Positions 38,536 to 50,482 of a stretch of 58,601 nt of DNA are shown in pieces. The stretch is from Thermoplasmatota archaeon (GTDB lineage: Archaea; Thermoplasmatota; E2; DHVEG-1), in the NCBI GenBank assembly GCA_036626215.1, contig JAZKSG010000003.1, positions 1 through 58,601 on the forward strand. Reading direction: 5' to 3'. Under the pieces are notes generated by a model that worked only from the letters and a program-made list of their open reading frames with translations, ran no database searches and was not told where the DNA came from. Numbering within the stretch: the stretch's first letter is position 1; each line of letters opens with the position of its first letter. The translations under genes were made by a program, and so were the position numbers.

Positions 38536-39285
38536 TTAAGTAAACCCTTCTTTAATCCTCTGCCTATACATTAAAATGCTGTCTACTATTACAGCCAAGA
38601 TACCTGTAATGAAAACCATATCGAAAACTATTGCTCCTCCAATCACAGCAGTAGTACTACTCTCTACGGGTTTACTTATCAGTTGCCAGAGATGAAAAAC
38701 ATCTGCACCGATTAAAACTCCCAATGTTCCTGAAATGTAAGAGAAGGGAGCTGCTTTTGAGAATTTTTTCCTTAGAAAAACTACTGATGTTATACTGGCG
38801 GCTATAGCAGGTAAGAGAAACAAAGGATAAGGAGACACGATACCAACGTTTGGATCAGGATGGGCTACCAAAAAGGTTACCAGGGAGACAATCGCTATTC
38901 CACTAACCAGATATTTCAAGGAATGTTTGTTTTTCCATATGAGATACAAGCTAAGAGCTATAGGTATTATGGCTCCACCTGTGTTTATTCCAATATCCCA
39001 GTTTTGATATGAGAAAAGATGGATGTTTGCGAATATGTTGGTGATTTCAAAATTAAAAAGTTCGATAGTCCAGTTTACACCTAAAATATATGAACCAACA
39101 ACAATTAAGAATGCTTCAAACGAAGAAAAACCCATGTATTGAAAAGCTCTAGTTACAACCAAATATATTAAATAGAATATGATTATAGGAAGTAAAATGT
39201 ATAGTAGCAATATTCCAATCTTTATGAGATTACTCACCGCGAACAACATAGAAAAACCAGTTTTTTTGAAAGATAAAGACATCAT
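38536..39285 (-). CDS. DUF1614-like membrane protein
   Basis: INTGGAIIP, GTLGVLIGAD, IGGA.VFD.VF. Confidence 0.85.
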   Translation of the reverse strand: MMSLSFKKTGFSMLFAVSNLIKIGILLLYILLPIIIFYLIYLVVTRAFQYMGFSSFEAFLIVVGSYILGVNWTIELFNFEITNIFANIHLFSYQNWDIGINTGGAIIPIALSLYLIWKNKHSLKYLVSGIAIVSLVTFLVAHPDPNVGIVSPYPLFLLPAIAASITSVVFLRKKFSKAAPFSYISGTLGVLIGADVFHLWQLISKPVESSTTAVIGGAIVFDMVFITGILAVIVDSILMYRQRIKEGFT

Positions 39286-39350
39286 TTATAAACCTTTGTT
39301 AATATTCGATTTGAAAAAAAATAGGGTTTAAAGGGTAACGTGATAAAAAA

Positions 39351-42095
39351 ATGAGTTCATTCCTTAAGGAAGAATGTGATTTAGAATATTTCCATGACAT
39401 GGGTTTCATTAGAAAAAAATGTGAATCCTGTGGAGACTACTTCTGGACTTTAGATGAAAAAGCTCGTTTCTGTGATGATCAACCATGCGTAGAGTTTAAC
39501 TTTATTGATAAACCTCTTGGTGAAAAACCTCTATCTCTCGGTGAGGTACGTGAAAGCTTTTTGAGTTATTTTGAAAAACATAATCATTCTAGGCTTAGCT
39601 ATCCTGTTACAGGTGAACGCTGTCCGGTTGTAGCTCGCTGGAGAAACGACATATATCTCACTATAGCATCTATAGCTGATTTTCAGCCTCATGTGACGTC
39701 TGGTGAAGTTCCACCTCCAGCTAATCCGTTAGCTATTTCTCAACCATGCATCCGTTTAAATGATCTGGAGGAAGTAGGTGTAAGCGGTCGTCATCTTACA
39801 ACTTTTGAGATGATGGGGCATCATGCGTTTAACAAAAACTATGATGAAATTTATTTTAAAAATAAAACTGTGGAATATTGTGATGACTATTTTGTAAACC
39901 ATATTGGTATACCACGAGAGGAAATTAAATATAAAGAGCAGCTGTGGAGCGGAGGAGGGAACGCTGGTCCATGTCTTGAAGTACTCGCAGAGGGTTTAGA
40001 GATAGCTACTCTTGTTTTTATGAATATGACTCGTGATGATGAGGGAGAATTCGAGATAAAAGGCGAAAAATATACTCGTAATCCTCTTCAAATTGTGGAT
40101 ACCGGCTACGGGTTAGAACGTATCGCATGGATTACTCAAGGAACAAAAACAGTCTATGAAACAGTTTTCCCAGATGTTATAAAGTGGATAGAAGGAAAAA
40201 CTGACGATGGGGATAAATCTTTGATTTATGCGTTAGCAGATCATTCTAAATGTCTTGCTTTTATGTTAGGTGATGGTATAGTTCCTTCTAATGCTAAAGC
40301 AGGTTATTTGTCTCGTTTAATAATTCGTCGTTCTCTACGTTTTTTAGAAAAATTAAAAGTTGATTTTTCACTGAAAGATTTAGTTGATCTTCAACTCAAT
40401 GTTTTGAAGAAAGATTTTCCTTCTTTGATGAGTAATCATGATCAGGTTATGGAGATACTGGATTTAGAGACAGAGAGATATCAGGAGACTCTTTCTAAAG
40501 GTAAAAACTTGGTTAAAAGAATCATTAAAGAGGAAACCTCTATAGATACCGATCAGTTGATAAATCTTTATGACACCCATGGTATGCCTCCTGAGATTGT
40601 AAAAAACATAGCTGAGGAGGAAAACGTCAAAGTTGAGATACCTGAGAATTTTGATTCGATGGTAGCTGAGCTACATAGCCACGAAGAAAAATCATATGAA
40701 AAAGAGGAGAAAAATATTTCTTTGCCTCCAACTCATCCGTTATACTACGATGATCATTATCAAAAAGAATTTGACGCTAAAATATTATGGAAAAAAAATA
40801 CTCCAGAAGGTTTAAAGTTGATTCTAGACCAAACAGTGTTTTACCCTGAAGGGGGTGGTCAACCAGCAGATGAAGGATTTCTGGTATATGATGAAAAACA
40901 GTTGGAAGTAAAAAAGGTGGTTAAAGAAAAAGACTCTATCATCCATGTGGTTGACGCAGAAGACATAGTAGAAGAAGGTAAGATGGTACATGGAGAGATA
41001 GATTGGGATAAAAGATACAAGTTGATGAAACATCATACAGGGACACATGTTGTAAATGGAGCTCTCCGGAAGATTCTTGGGGAACACGTTTGGCAAGCTG
41101 GTTCTCAACTAGGTGTTGATGAGGGTCGCTTTGATTACTCTCACTATAGAACATTGCCAGATGAGAAAGTCGAAGAAATTGAAAATCTTGCTAACAAGTT
41201 TGTAGAACAAGAGATTGAAGTTAAGAAAAAAGTTTTGGATCGTAATACCGCAGAAAAAGAGTACGGTTTTAGACTATACCAAGGTGGCGTACCGCCGGGT
41301 AACTCTATCCGAGTGTTGGATATACCTGGTGTAGATGTTGAAGCTTGTGGAGGTACGCATCTGAACAACATAGGAGAAATTGGAAAAATTAGAATTATTA
41401 GATCTGAACGTATCCAAGATGGTGTCAACCGAGTGGTGTTTGCAGCTGGTGAAATGGTTGATGCTTTTGAAGAAGAGGAAAAAAAACTTTATGATGAAGC
41501 TATAGACAAAATCTCTCAATATTACAAGGTTGAAAAAAGAGAAGATTTTTCGAAAACACTGGATGAAGTATGTAATATTTTTTCAGTTCAAAGAAATCAG
41601 CTTTTGAAAACTTTAAAGCGTTTCCTCAAAGAGACAGATCCAGATTTATTAAAAGAAAAACAAGTAGAATCTCTTGATGAAGCATGCACAGATCTTTTTG
41701 AAAAATGGAAACAAACTCAGAAGGCAAAGAAAAACGTGTCTAATAATCAGATAGAGAGTTTTCTTGATAAAGCAGAGTCTATTCCTGGTACAGATATCAA
41801 AGTGATAGTGGGTAAAACAGAAAACGAAGGTACATCACTTGCTGGAGAACTAATAAACAGTAGTGATAATTTGGTTGTACATGTTTTTGATGGTAAAAAA
41901 CTTGTTTCTATGGCCTCCGAAGAGGTCGATATTGATTTAAGAGAAATAACTAAACCTGTTGGAGATATCCTTGGTGGCGGTGGTGGTGGAAAACCAGATA
42001 TGGTTCAATGTGGCGGACCTAACATAGATAGAATAGATGAAGCATTAGAGAAAGCTAAACAGTTGACAGAGAAATTGTTGAAAAAGACAGATTAA
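39351..42095 (+). CDS. alaS: Alanine--tRNA ligase (archaeal type)
   Basis: ASIADFQP, QPCIR, DTGYGLER, editing motifs HTGTH and CGGTH, C-Ala GGGGG. Confidence 0.98.
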   Translation: MSSFLKEECDLEYFHDMGFIRKKCESCGDYFWTLDEKARFCDDQPCVEFNFIDKPLGEKPLSLGEVRESFLSYFEKHNHSRLSYPVTGERCPVVARWRNDIYLTIASIADFQPHVTSGEVPPPANPLAISQPCIRLNDLEEVGVSGRHLTTFEMMGHHAFNKNYDEIYFKNKTVEYCDDYFVNHIGIPREEIKYKEQLWSGGGNAGPCLEVLAEGLEIATLVFMNMTRDDEGEFEIKGEKYTRNPLQIVDTGYGLERIAWITQGTKTVYETVFPDVIKWIEGKTDDGDKSLIYALADHSKCLAFMLGDGIVPSNAKAGYLSRLIIRRSLRFLEKLKVDFSLKDLVDLQLNVLKKDFPSLMSNHDQVMEILDLETERYQETLSKGKNLVKRIIKEETSIDTDQLINLYDTHGMPPEIVKNIAEEENVKVEIPENFDSMVAELHSHEEKSYEKEEKNISLPPTHPLYYDDHYQKEFDAKILWKKNTPEGLKLILDQTVFYPEGGGQPADEGFLVYDEKQLEVKKVVKEKDSIIHVVDAEDIVEEGKMVHGEIDWDKRYKLMKHHTGTHVVNGALRKILGEHVWQAGSQLGVDEGRFDYSHYRTLPDEKVEEIENLANKFVEQEIEVKKKVLDRNTAEKEYGFRLYQGGVPPGNSIRVLDIPGVDVEACGGTHLNNIGEIGKIRIIRSERIQDGVNRVVFAAGEMVDAFEEEEKKLYDEAIDKISQYYKVEKREDFSKTLDEVCNIFSVQRNQLLKTLKRFLKETDPDLLKEKQVESLDEACTDLFEKWKQTQKAKKNVSNNQIESFLDKAESIPGTDIKVIVGKTENEGTSLAGELINSSDNLVVHVFDGKKLVSMASEEVDIDLREITKPVGDILGGGGGGKPDMVQCGGPNIDRIDEALEKAKQLTEKLLKKTD

Positions 42096-42263
42096 TTATA
42101 TCTGATAGTATAAATGTAGAGCGGTTACTATCACTATTGTTGCTATACAGAAACCCATAACTAGCCATGGAGGGATACGTAACGATGTTTTTTCTTCTGC
42201 ATCAAAATATCTTATTAGACCCGCTGCGGAATGAAAACCTTCACCTTTATCTTTTTTAGCCAT
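42096..42263 (-). CDS. secG: Preprotein translocase subunit Sec61beta/SecG (not in ORF track)
   Basis: Manual translation MAKKDKGEGFHSAAGLIRYFDAEEKTSLRIPPWLVMGFCIATIVIVTALHLYYQI; AGLIRYF signature plus one TM. Confidence 0.92.
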   Translation of the reverse strand: MAKKDKGEGFHSAAGLIRYFDAEEKTSLRIPPWLVMGFCIATIVIVTALHLYYQI

Positions 42264-42458
42264 TAAGTCTTGTCACCCTTCCAAAATTTTTTAGCGACTA
42301 TTATTTTTTTATGTGATATGTCAATGTTATTTTTATGTTTTACTAAAGGTTTTCGGTGAAAAAACAAAAAAGCTTTTTTAAAATCGGGTTCATTGTAATG
42401 AATAAATCTAAATATGGTTTATGTATAACATGAATTAAAAAAAAAGGTGGATATATTT

Positions 42459-43031
42459 ATGAAGGAAATAGAAAGGCTCATTAATAAAGCATTGAAGTAC
42501 AAGGAAGGAGGACTCTCCGAACATGAAATAGCTGATGAGCTTAACGTTTCACGTGAAACAGCTGCATGGTTACTTAGTAAAGGTAAAGAAGAGAAACCTG
42601 AGGATGGTGACGTAAAAATCGGTTGGCGGTCTGTTGGAGTCTATCCTACTCGTATGAGTTTTATTTCAGATGCAATGGTTGATATCATTTGTGAGGAATG
42701 TGAAACAGTTGACACCATCTTAGGAGTGGCTATAAACGGTATATCTTATGCTACTTTTATAGCAGATAAATTAGGGCTGGAGCTCTCTGTTTTCCGCCCT
42801 CATCATGAGAAAGCAGGTGCTTTCTGTTCCAACTACGCCACTGTGAAAGACAAAAAAGTAGTGATTGTTGACGACGTAGTAGGCACCGGTACCACTCTGA
42901 GAAGTGCAATTAAAGCTACAAAGGCAGAAGACGGTGAACCAGTTTTATGTACAACGGTTATAAACAAAACTTCGAAAAATAAGGTTAGTAATATACCTTT
43001 ACGTGCTTTGATTAGAGCAAGGTTGATATAG
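42459..43031 (+). CDS. PyrE-like HTH-PRTase protein (GfcR-type transcription regulator)
   Basis: N-terminal HTH EIADELNVSRETA.WL, D+.I.W, SNYA.V, VDDVVGTG. Confidence 0.85.
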   Translation: MKEIERLINKALKYKEGGLSEHEIADELNVSRETAAWLLSKGKEEKPEDGDVKIGWRSVGVYPTRMSFISDAMVDIICEECETVDTILGVAINGISYATFIADKLGLELSVFRPHHEKAGAFCSNYATVKDKKVVIVDDVVGTGTTLRSAIKATKAEDGEPVLCTTVINKTSKNKVSNIPLRALIRARLI

Positions 43032-43127
43032 AAAAAAATATTTTTTTAATATTTCTTTATATTTTTTTGAAACAAAAAAAAAGAGAGAGATGTGTTAATT
43101 TATCTATAAAAGGAGAATTTTGATTTT

Positions 43128-44678
43128 ATGCATTGGGCTAATGTTTTAGCGGATGAGTTATTATCGGATAAAAAAAAGAGATATGTGCTGGCTACAGGGA
43201 TAACTCCTTCAGGGCCTATCCATGTAGGTAATATGAGGGAGATTTTGACTACTGATGCTGTTTATCGTTGTGTAAAAGATAAAGGGGTTGAAGCTGATTT
43301 AATCTATATAGCTGATGATTTTGATCCACTTCGTAAGGTTTACCCTTATCTTCCAGATTGGTATGAAGAATATGTAGGTATGCCTATATCTGAGATTCCT
43401 TGCCCGTGTGGTAAACATGATAGTTATGCTGATCATTATCTCTTTGCTTTTCTCAGTAGTCTAGATGAAATTGGTGTTGAGCCACGTGTCTATCGTGCCA
43501 ATGAGATGTATAAAAATGGAGATTATAACGAGTCAATAGAAATCGCTTTGGAGAACACAGATAAAATACGGAGGATAATAGAGGAGATAGCGGATAGAGA
43601 TCTCCCTAAAAACTGGCTTCCTTTTAATGTAAGATGTAGCGAATGTGGCCGTATTGGTTACGCTAAACCTCTGTTATATGAATATCCTATCGTGGAATAC
43701 AAATGTGGATGTGGACATGAAGGCGAAGTAGACATAACAAAGGGCGGTGTCGGTAAACTACCATGGCGTGTAGATTGGCCTGCTCGATGGAAAATGCTTA
43801 ATGTTTCTTTTGAACCATTTGGTAAAGACTTAGGTACAACTGGTGGAGCATGGGAAACTGGTAAAAAGATAGTTGAAGAAATCTATGATTATCCTGCTCC
43901 GCATCATAGTGTATACGAATTTATATTGTTGAAAGGCAAAGGAGCTATGCATAGTTCTAAAGGTACGGCACTTAGCGCAGAAGAGATGTTGAAGATGACT
44001 CCTCCAGAAGTACTACGTTTTCTTCTGATGGATAATAAACCGGGTAAGCATATCACTTTTGATGCAGGTTTTGGTTTGTTGAATCTGGTAGATGAATACG
44101 ACCAAATAGAGAGAGTTTATTTTGGAGAGGAAGAAAAAAGTAGAGGTATGAAAGATTATCGTAAAACCTACGAGCTTTCACAACCCTATGATATGCCAGA
44201 TAAAATGCCGGTTCAGATTTCTTATCGGCATATCGTCACCTTGGTTCAAATAGCTGAAGACTGGAAACATGCAAAAAAAATATTGCGACGTAACGATGAG
44301 ATACCAGAAGACTTATCTGGAGAAGAAGAAAAACGTTTGAAGCGACGTGTTGAACATGCAGAATACTGGCTTGATAATTTTGCTCCTAAACAAGTGAAAT
44401 TTAAGGTACATAAAAAACCACCTAAAGTTGATTTAAAAGAGGAACAAAAAAAGTTTTTGAAGATTCTTCTAAAAAAGCTGGGTGAAGCAACATGGAAACC
44501 AGATGAGATACATAACATGATATATGAAAGCGCAGAGGAAACCGAATTGAAAACAGGTAAAGCGTTTGGTACGATATATCAAATAATTCTGAATCAATCT
44601 AAAGGGCCAAGAGCGGGTTACTTCCTTTCTAACTTAGATAAAGACTTTGTGTTAAAACGGGTTAAAAAAGAAATATAA
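43128..44678 (+). CDS. lysS: Lysine--tRNA ligase class I
   Basis: HWA, TPSGPIHVGN, KLPWRVDWPARW, MHSSKG, GPRAG. Confidence 0.97.
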   Translation: MHWANVLADELLSDKKKRYVLATGITPSGPIHVGNMREILTTDAVYRCVKDKGVEADLIYIADDFDPLRKVYPYLPDWYEEYVGMPISEIPCPCGKHDSYADHYLFAFLSSLDEIGVEPRVYRANEMYKNGDYNESIEIALENTDKIRRIIEEIADRDLPKNWLPFNVRCSECGRIGYAKPLLYEYPIVEYKCGCGHEGEVDITKGGVGKLPWRVDWPARWKMLNVSFEPFGKDLGTTGGAWETGKKIVEEIYDYPAPHHSVYEFILLKGKGAMHSSKGTALSAEEMLKMTPPEVLRFLLMDNKPGKHITFDAGFGLLNLVDEYDQIERVYFGEEEKSRGMKDYRKTYELSQPYDMPDKMPVQISYRHIVTLVQIAEDWKHAKKILRRNDEIPEDLSGEEEKRLKRRVEHAEYWLDNFAPKQVKFKVHKKPPKVDLKEEQKKFLKILLKKLGEATWKPDEIHNMIYESAEETELKTGKAFGTIYQIILNQSKGPRAGYFLSNLDKDFVLKRVKKEI

Positions 44679-44771
44679 ATAAAACCCTTCTCTTTTTATT
44701 TTTAAGAAAAATAAAGACATATAAACAAAAAAATTCAGAGTTTTTTCTTTTAGGATGATGATTGATTAGTT

Positions 44772-46028
44772 ATGAAAGTGTACATGGAAATCTATGGTTG
44801 TACTTCAAATAAAAGTGATGCCTCTATAGTGGAGGGTCTGTTAAAAGAAAAAAATCATAAGTTGGTGGAATCACCAGATCAGGCAGATATCATCGTTGTT
44901 TTGACTTGTACAGTTATCGGCACTACAGAAAGACGTATGCTTTCACGTTTAAGGAAGCTTAAAAAAATAGGTAAAAAGATTATTGTTGCCGGTTGTATGC
45001 CTGCTGTTCAACCAGATTTGGTTAAAGAAGTTGTTCCAAATGCAGATCTTCTTCCACCTCAACATGTTCATCATGTTGTAGATTTGGTAGAAGAAAAAGA
45101 TACGGTTTTTAGTAGACAAGATAAAAGTTTTTTTTCAAGGAGTTATGAAAGTTTAGCGGCGCCGATATCTATCTCAGAGGGATGTATGTTTTCATGTAGC
45201 TATTGTATAACCTGTATGGCACGCGGTAAACTAAAAAGTTCTCCTTTAGAAAAGGTTAAACAAAACGTTGAATCTGCAGTACAACAGGGATGCCAAGAGA
45301 TACAGTTAACAGCTCAGGATACCGCATCTTATGGTTTAGATAAAAAAAATGGAGAAGATCTTGGAGATGTTATAAGAGAAGTGTCATCTGTTGAAGGAGA
45401 TTTCAAGATACGTGTTGGTATGATGAATCCTTTTACTGCTATGAAACATCTAGATAGCATATTGGATGGTTTCGATAATTCTAAAGTATACAAGTTTTTA
45501 CATCTACCTGTTCAATCAGGTAGTGATAAATTGTTGGATAAGATGAACCGTAAATATTCAGTTGAAGATTTTGGAAGAATAGTAGAAAAGTTTAGAGATA
45601 GATATCCAGATTTATGTCTTTCTACAGATATAATAGCTGGTTTTCCCTCTGAAACCGAAGAAGAATTTAGACAAACAATGGATCTTATAAAAAAGATAAA
45701 ACCAGATGTGGTCAATATAACTCGTTTTTCTGCTAGACCAAATACTTCTGCTAAAAAAATGGATGGACGTATCGACACCAAAGTAGTTAAACAGAGAAGT
45801 AAAAAACTGACAGATTTGTCCGAAAAGATAACCCAAAGTGTTAATCAAAAATATGTTGGACGAAAGTTTAATGTTTTGTTGTTAAAAGAAGGAAAAAACG
45901 ATACAGTTATGGGTAGAAGTTTTAATTATAAACCTATAGTGGTAGAGAAAAAAATGAAAATTGGGAGTTATGTTGATGTAGAAATAGAGAGGGCTACATC
46001 TAGTTTTTTAGTCGGAAGCCTTAAATAG
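44772..46028 (+). CDS. mtaB: tRNA t6A37 methylthiotransferase (e-MtaB/CDKAL1-like radical SAM)
   Basis: YGC..N, TCTV, AGC, CMFSCSYC, RVGMMNP, HLPVQSGS, C-terminal TRAM. Confidence 0.88.
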   Translation: MKVYMEIYGCTSNKSDASIVEGLLKEKNHKLVESPDQADIIVVLTCTVIGTTERRMLSRLRKLKKIGKKIIVAGCMPAVQPDLVKEVVPNADLLPPQHVHHVVDLVEEKDTVFSRQDKSFFSRSYESLAAPISISEGCMFSCSYCITCMARGKLKSSPLEKVKQNVESAVQQGCQEIQLTAQDTASYGLDKKNGEDLGDVIREVSSVEGDFKIRVGMMNPFTAMKHLDSILDGFDNSKVYKFLHLPVQSGSDKLLDKMNRKYSVEDFGRIVEKFRDRYPDLCLSTDIIAGFPSETEEEFRQTMDLIKKIKPDVVNITRFSARPNTSAKKMDGRIDTKVVKQRSKKLTDLSEKITQSVNQKYVGRKFNVLLLKEGKNDTVMGRSFNYKPIVVEKKMKIGSYVDVEIERATSSFLVGSLK

Positions 46029-46033
46029 CTTAA

Positions 46034-47125
<1,092 letters not shown>

Positions 47126-47213
47126 AAATTCTATATTTTTTTCAAATAATTGGTATATCTTTATATAGCCTTTTTGATATTATGATTTAACCCTTGAGGA
47201 GTGTAGATTTTTT

Positions 47214-48449
47214 ATGAAGGGATACAACACTTTAGATGATTTTGATTTGGAAGATAAAACAGTTTTGTTAAGAGTAGATTTTAATATGCCTTTGGATAAA
47301 GACAGCCTCGAGATCTTAGATACTAATCGTATCGAGAAGGCTCTGCCAACTATAAAAGAACTGGTGGAAAAAAATGCTAAAACAGTTATAATGGCACATC
47401 AAGGGCGACCTGGTAGCTGGGATTTTACTTCTTTAGAACATCATGCTGAGGCTTTACACGAGTTGTTGAATCACCCCGTCGGGTTTGTAGAGGATATATC
47501 TGGGGAGGAAGCTCAGAAAGCTATTAAGAAAATGCAGGGTGGAAACGTATTATTTATCGACAATGTCCGTAAGTTTGATGGAGAAAGGGAGAGTAAAACA
47601 GCTGAGGAACATTCTAAAACTGAGTTTGTACAAAACCTTTATCCTCTTGCAGATTTGTTTGTAAACGATGCATTTGCCGCTGCTCATCGAGCACAGTGTA
47701 GCCTAATTGGGTTTACCGCTGTTTTACCAAGTTGTGCTGGTCGACTCATGGAGAAAGAACTCTCCACTTTGAGTAAAATTGTTAAAAAACCTGAGAAGCC
47801 ATCTGTGTTTATGTTTGGCGGAGCAAAGTTTTCTGATGTAATAGTAACCATTGAAAGATTGTTGGAGAATGAGACCGCTGATAAAATATTGTTGACTGGT
47901 TTACCTGCTAACGCGTTTCTCAAAGCCAAAGGTGTAGAGCTTGGTGAGGCCAATGAAAAAGCTTTGATGGATGAGGGATCTTCCGAGAAATTCCAGGAGA
48001 TAAAAAATCTTTTACAGAGATATGAAGACAAAATATTTTTACCGTTGGATTTTGGAGTCGAAAAAGAGGGTGGACGAGTAAACGTCTCTATGGATGATCT
48101 GCCTGTTGAACAGCAACTGTTTGATATAGGAGAAAAAACTATTGATAGATATAAACAGGCTTTATCAAATGCTAAAACCGTGTTTCTCTCCGGTCCATGT
48201 GGCGTCTTCGAAAACAAGTTGTTTATGAAAGGGACAAAAGAAATCTTCGAGTTAGTTGCAAAATCAGATGCTTTCTCAATTGTAGGTGGTGGCCATACTG
48301 TCGCAGCAGTGCGAGATCTAAATCTTGAAGATAAATTTTCTCATATTAGTACTGGCGGCGGGAGTTTGGAGCGTTTTATGATGGGTGAAAAGCTACCTGT
48401 TGTTGAAGCTTTGAAGAAAGCTAAAAATAGACACATTGTTAAAAACTAA
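47214..48449 (+). CDS. pgk: Phosphoglycerate kinase
   Basis: LLRVDFN, HQGRPG, NDAFAAAHR, GGAK, GGGH, STGGG. Confidence 0.97.
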   Translation: MKGYNTLDDFDLEDKTVLLRVDFNMPLDKDSLEILDTNRIEKALPTIKELVEKNAKTVIMAHQGRPGSWDFTSLEHHAEALHELLNHPVGFVEDISGEEAQKAIKKMQGGNVLFIDNVRKFDGERESKTAEEHSKTEFVQNLYPLADLFVNDAFAAAHRAQCSLIGFTAVLPSCAGRLMEKELSTLSKIVKKPEKPSVFMFGGAKFSDVIVTIERLLENETADKILLTGLPANAFLKAKGVELGEANEKALMDEGSSEKFQEIKNLLQRYEDKIFLPLDFGVEKEGGRVNVSMDDLPVEQQLFDIGEKTIDRYKQALSNAKTVFLSGPCGVFENKLFMKGTKEIFELVAKSDAFSIVGGGHTVAAVRDLNLEDKFSHISTGGGSLERFMMGEKLPVVEALKKAKNRHIVKN

Positions 48450-48472
48450 AAAAAATTGGTAAAAAATTTTTT

Positions 48473-48546
48473 GGGCTGGTAGATCAGTCTGGAAGATCGC
48501 CACCTTCGCAAGGTGGAGGCCACGGGTTCAAATCCCGTCCAGTCCA
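48473..48546 (+). tRNA. tRNA-Ala(CGC), intronless, CCA not encoded
   Basis: Acceptor GGGCTGG/CCAGTCC with G3:U70; anticodon arm ccacc-ttCGCaa-ggtgg; T-arm GGTTCAAATCC. Confidence 0.96.
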
Positions 48547-48583
48547 CTAAAAAAATCCATTTGTTGGTATTAGATTTATTTTT

Positions 48584-49351
48584 TTATAGTTCACTTTTGT
48601 TGAAGAGATAGCTCCCTATACCCAGGATTACTATACATATAACTGCAGATACGACCAAGTTTATCATTGGATTCAAAATGGCGTTGCCTCCAGTGAGGCT
48701 TCCACGTAATCCATCTACCAAATAAAAAAACGGGTTTAGACGAGATGCTTTGTTGACTACCGACGGTAAACTACTTAACGGAAAAAACGCCGAAGATAGA
48801 AAAATAAGAGGCATAATAATGAGTGTCATAATTATTTGAAAACCTTGGAAATCCTCCATTTTTGTTGCTAAAACCAGCCCGAAACCTACTGCAGTGAAAG
48901 CTGTTAAACCCATAAAAACAAAAGAGAGGAGAAATCCAAAAATGTTAGAGTTTATCTGTAGGTTTAGAACTATTGCTATCCCCAGGATTATTAAACCTTG
49001 AAATAGAGACAAAGTTGCTCCACCTAGCGTTCTACCGAATAATATCGAAAATCTACTTACTGGCGCTACCAGTACTTCTTGTAAAAAACCAAATTGACGA
49101 TCCCATAAAACGGATATACCAATGAACATAGACGAAAAAATTATAGACATTACTATTATACCAGGTGCGAGAAATGTAAAGTAATCCCCCTCTAACCCAG
49201 GCATATTTAAAGGTCTTAATCCAGAACCTAGGATCACTAGGAAAAATAATGGTCTAGCCAACGCCGATATAACCCTGCTTTTAGAACGGAAAAATCTTAT
49301 TATCTGACGTTGCCACATTATATATATAGCTTGCAGTTCGAAACTATCCAT
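48584..49351 (-). CDS. ABC-2 type exporter permease
   Basis: FLAPG, DRQFGFLQEVLVAPVSR, NPFFYLVDGLR; about 6 TMs. Confidence 0.92.
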   Translation of the reverse strand: MDSFELQAIYIMWQRQIIRFFRSKSRVISALARPLFFLVILGSGLRPLNMPGLEGDYFTFLAPGIIVMSIIFSSMFIGISVLWDRQFGFLQEVLVAPVSRFSILFGRTLGGATLSLFQGLIILGIAIVLNLQINSNIFGFLLSFVFMGLTAFTAVGFGLVLATKMEDFQGFQIIMTLIIMPLIFLSSAFFPLSSLPSVVNKASRLNPFFYLVDGLRGSLTGGNAILNPMINLVVSAVICIVILGIGSYLFNKSEL

Positions 49352-49363
49352 AAAAAACCTTTT

Positions 49364-50347
49364 TCACCTCTTACCTCTATTTTTAATTGAAGGAGGAACA
49401 CTAGTTTGGTTTTCCTGTTCGGATAGCGTTTTTCCGGTATAAGATATAAAAACGTCGTCAAGGGTAGGCTTTCTAACGTTTATAGATTTTATTTTTACAT
49501 TTATTTTACTAGCTATCTCTATAACCAATGGAATCTTTTCTTCTCCTTTTTCTACACCAAGAGTTAAAAAATGATCATATTGCTTTATTTTTTTTATCCA
49601 ATCATATCTCTCTAGTTCTTCTTTTAATGGTTTGATTTTAGAAGCGGAAAGTGTTATTACATCGTTTCCAATCGCGTTTTTGAGATTCTTTATTTTATCC
49701 ATTACTAAGATTTGCCCTCTATTTATTATCCCTACGCGGTCACATAGATAGTCTGCCTCATCCATATAATGGGTTGTCAGAAAAATAGTGGTATTTTCTT
49801 CTCTATTCATTCTTTCGATATATTCCCAGATAACTCTACGTGTCTGAGCGTCTAAACCAAGTGTAGGTTCATCTAGAAATAGTACTGTAGGAGAATGCAT
49901 TAAACCTCTAGCTATCTCTAATCTTCTTTTCATTCCGCCAGAGTATTTTTTCACTATTACATCTTTTTTGTCTGATAGATCAACAAGTTCCAATACTTCT
50001 TTTATACGTTCTTTTCGAATATTTTTTTTGATGTTGTACATACGGGCGTGGTATTCTAGGTTTTCTATACCTGTTAATTCAGTGTCTAAAGCAGGTTCTT
50101 GGAATACTACCCCTATTTTTTTTCGAACCTCGTTTTTTTGTTTTCGTATATCGTAGCCCGCTATCTCCGCTGTTCCCTCCGTTGGTTCAATCAGAGTTAT
50201 CAACATTCTTACAGTAGTGGTTTTACCAGCTCCGTTGGGCCCTAAAAACCCGAATACTTCTCCTTCTTCTACATCAAACGATATATGATCAACGGCGGTA
50301 AGAGACCCGTATTTTTTAGTTAGATTTTTTGTTTCAATTATTGACAA
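49364..50347 (-). CDS. ABC exporter ATP-binding protein (DrrA-like)
   Basis: GPNGAGKTT, YSGGMKRR, LDEPT, TTHYM, PTLDDVF. Confidence 0.95.
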   Translation of the reverse strand: MSIIETKNLTKKYGSLTAVDHISFDVEEGEVFGFLGPNGAGKTTTVRMLITLIEPTEGTAEIAGYDIRKQKNEVRKKIGVVFQEPALDTELTGIENLEYHARMYNIKKNIRKERIKEVLELVDLSDKKDVIVKKYSGGMKRRLEIARGLMHSPTVLFLDEPTLGLDAQTRRVIWEYIERMNREENTTIFLTTHYMDEADYLCDRVGIINRGQILVMDKIKNLKNAIGNDVITLSASKIKPLKEELERYDWIKKIKQYDHFLTLGVEKGEEKIPLVIEIASKINVKIKSINVRKPTLDDVFISYTGKTLSEQENQTSVPPSIKNRGKR

Positions 50348-50482
50348 CTCTATCTGTTTCTCCTCATCTATCTCTTGATTTTTTTGACCACAAATACATG
50401 TTTACGCTTATAAATCTATCCAGATTTTCTTAAGGAGAAAGTTTTTTCTATATGAACTCTTAATCAGAAGTTGTTTATTATT

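Noticed and set aside
41971-41990. GGT/GGC trinucleotide run in alaS
   Set aside because: Encodes the normal Gly-rich motif of the C-Ala (DHHA1) domain
48473-50347. tRNA-Ala as an integration site with the ABC exporter as cargo
   Set aside because: No integrase and no duplicated tRNA 3' end seen; flanking genes are housekeeping
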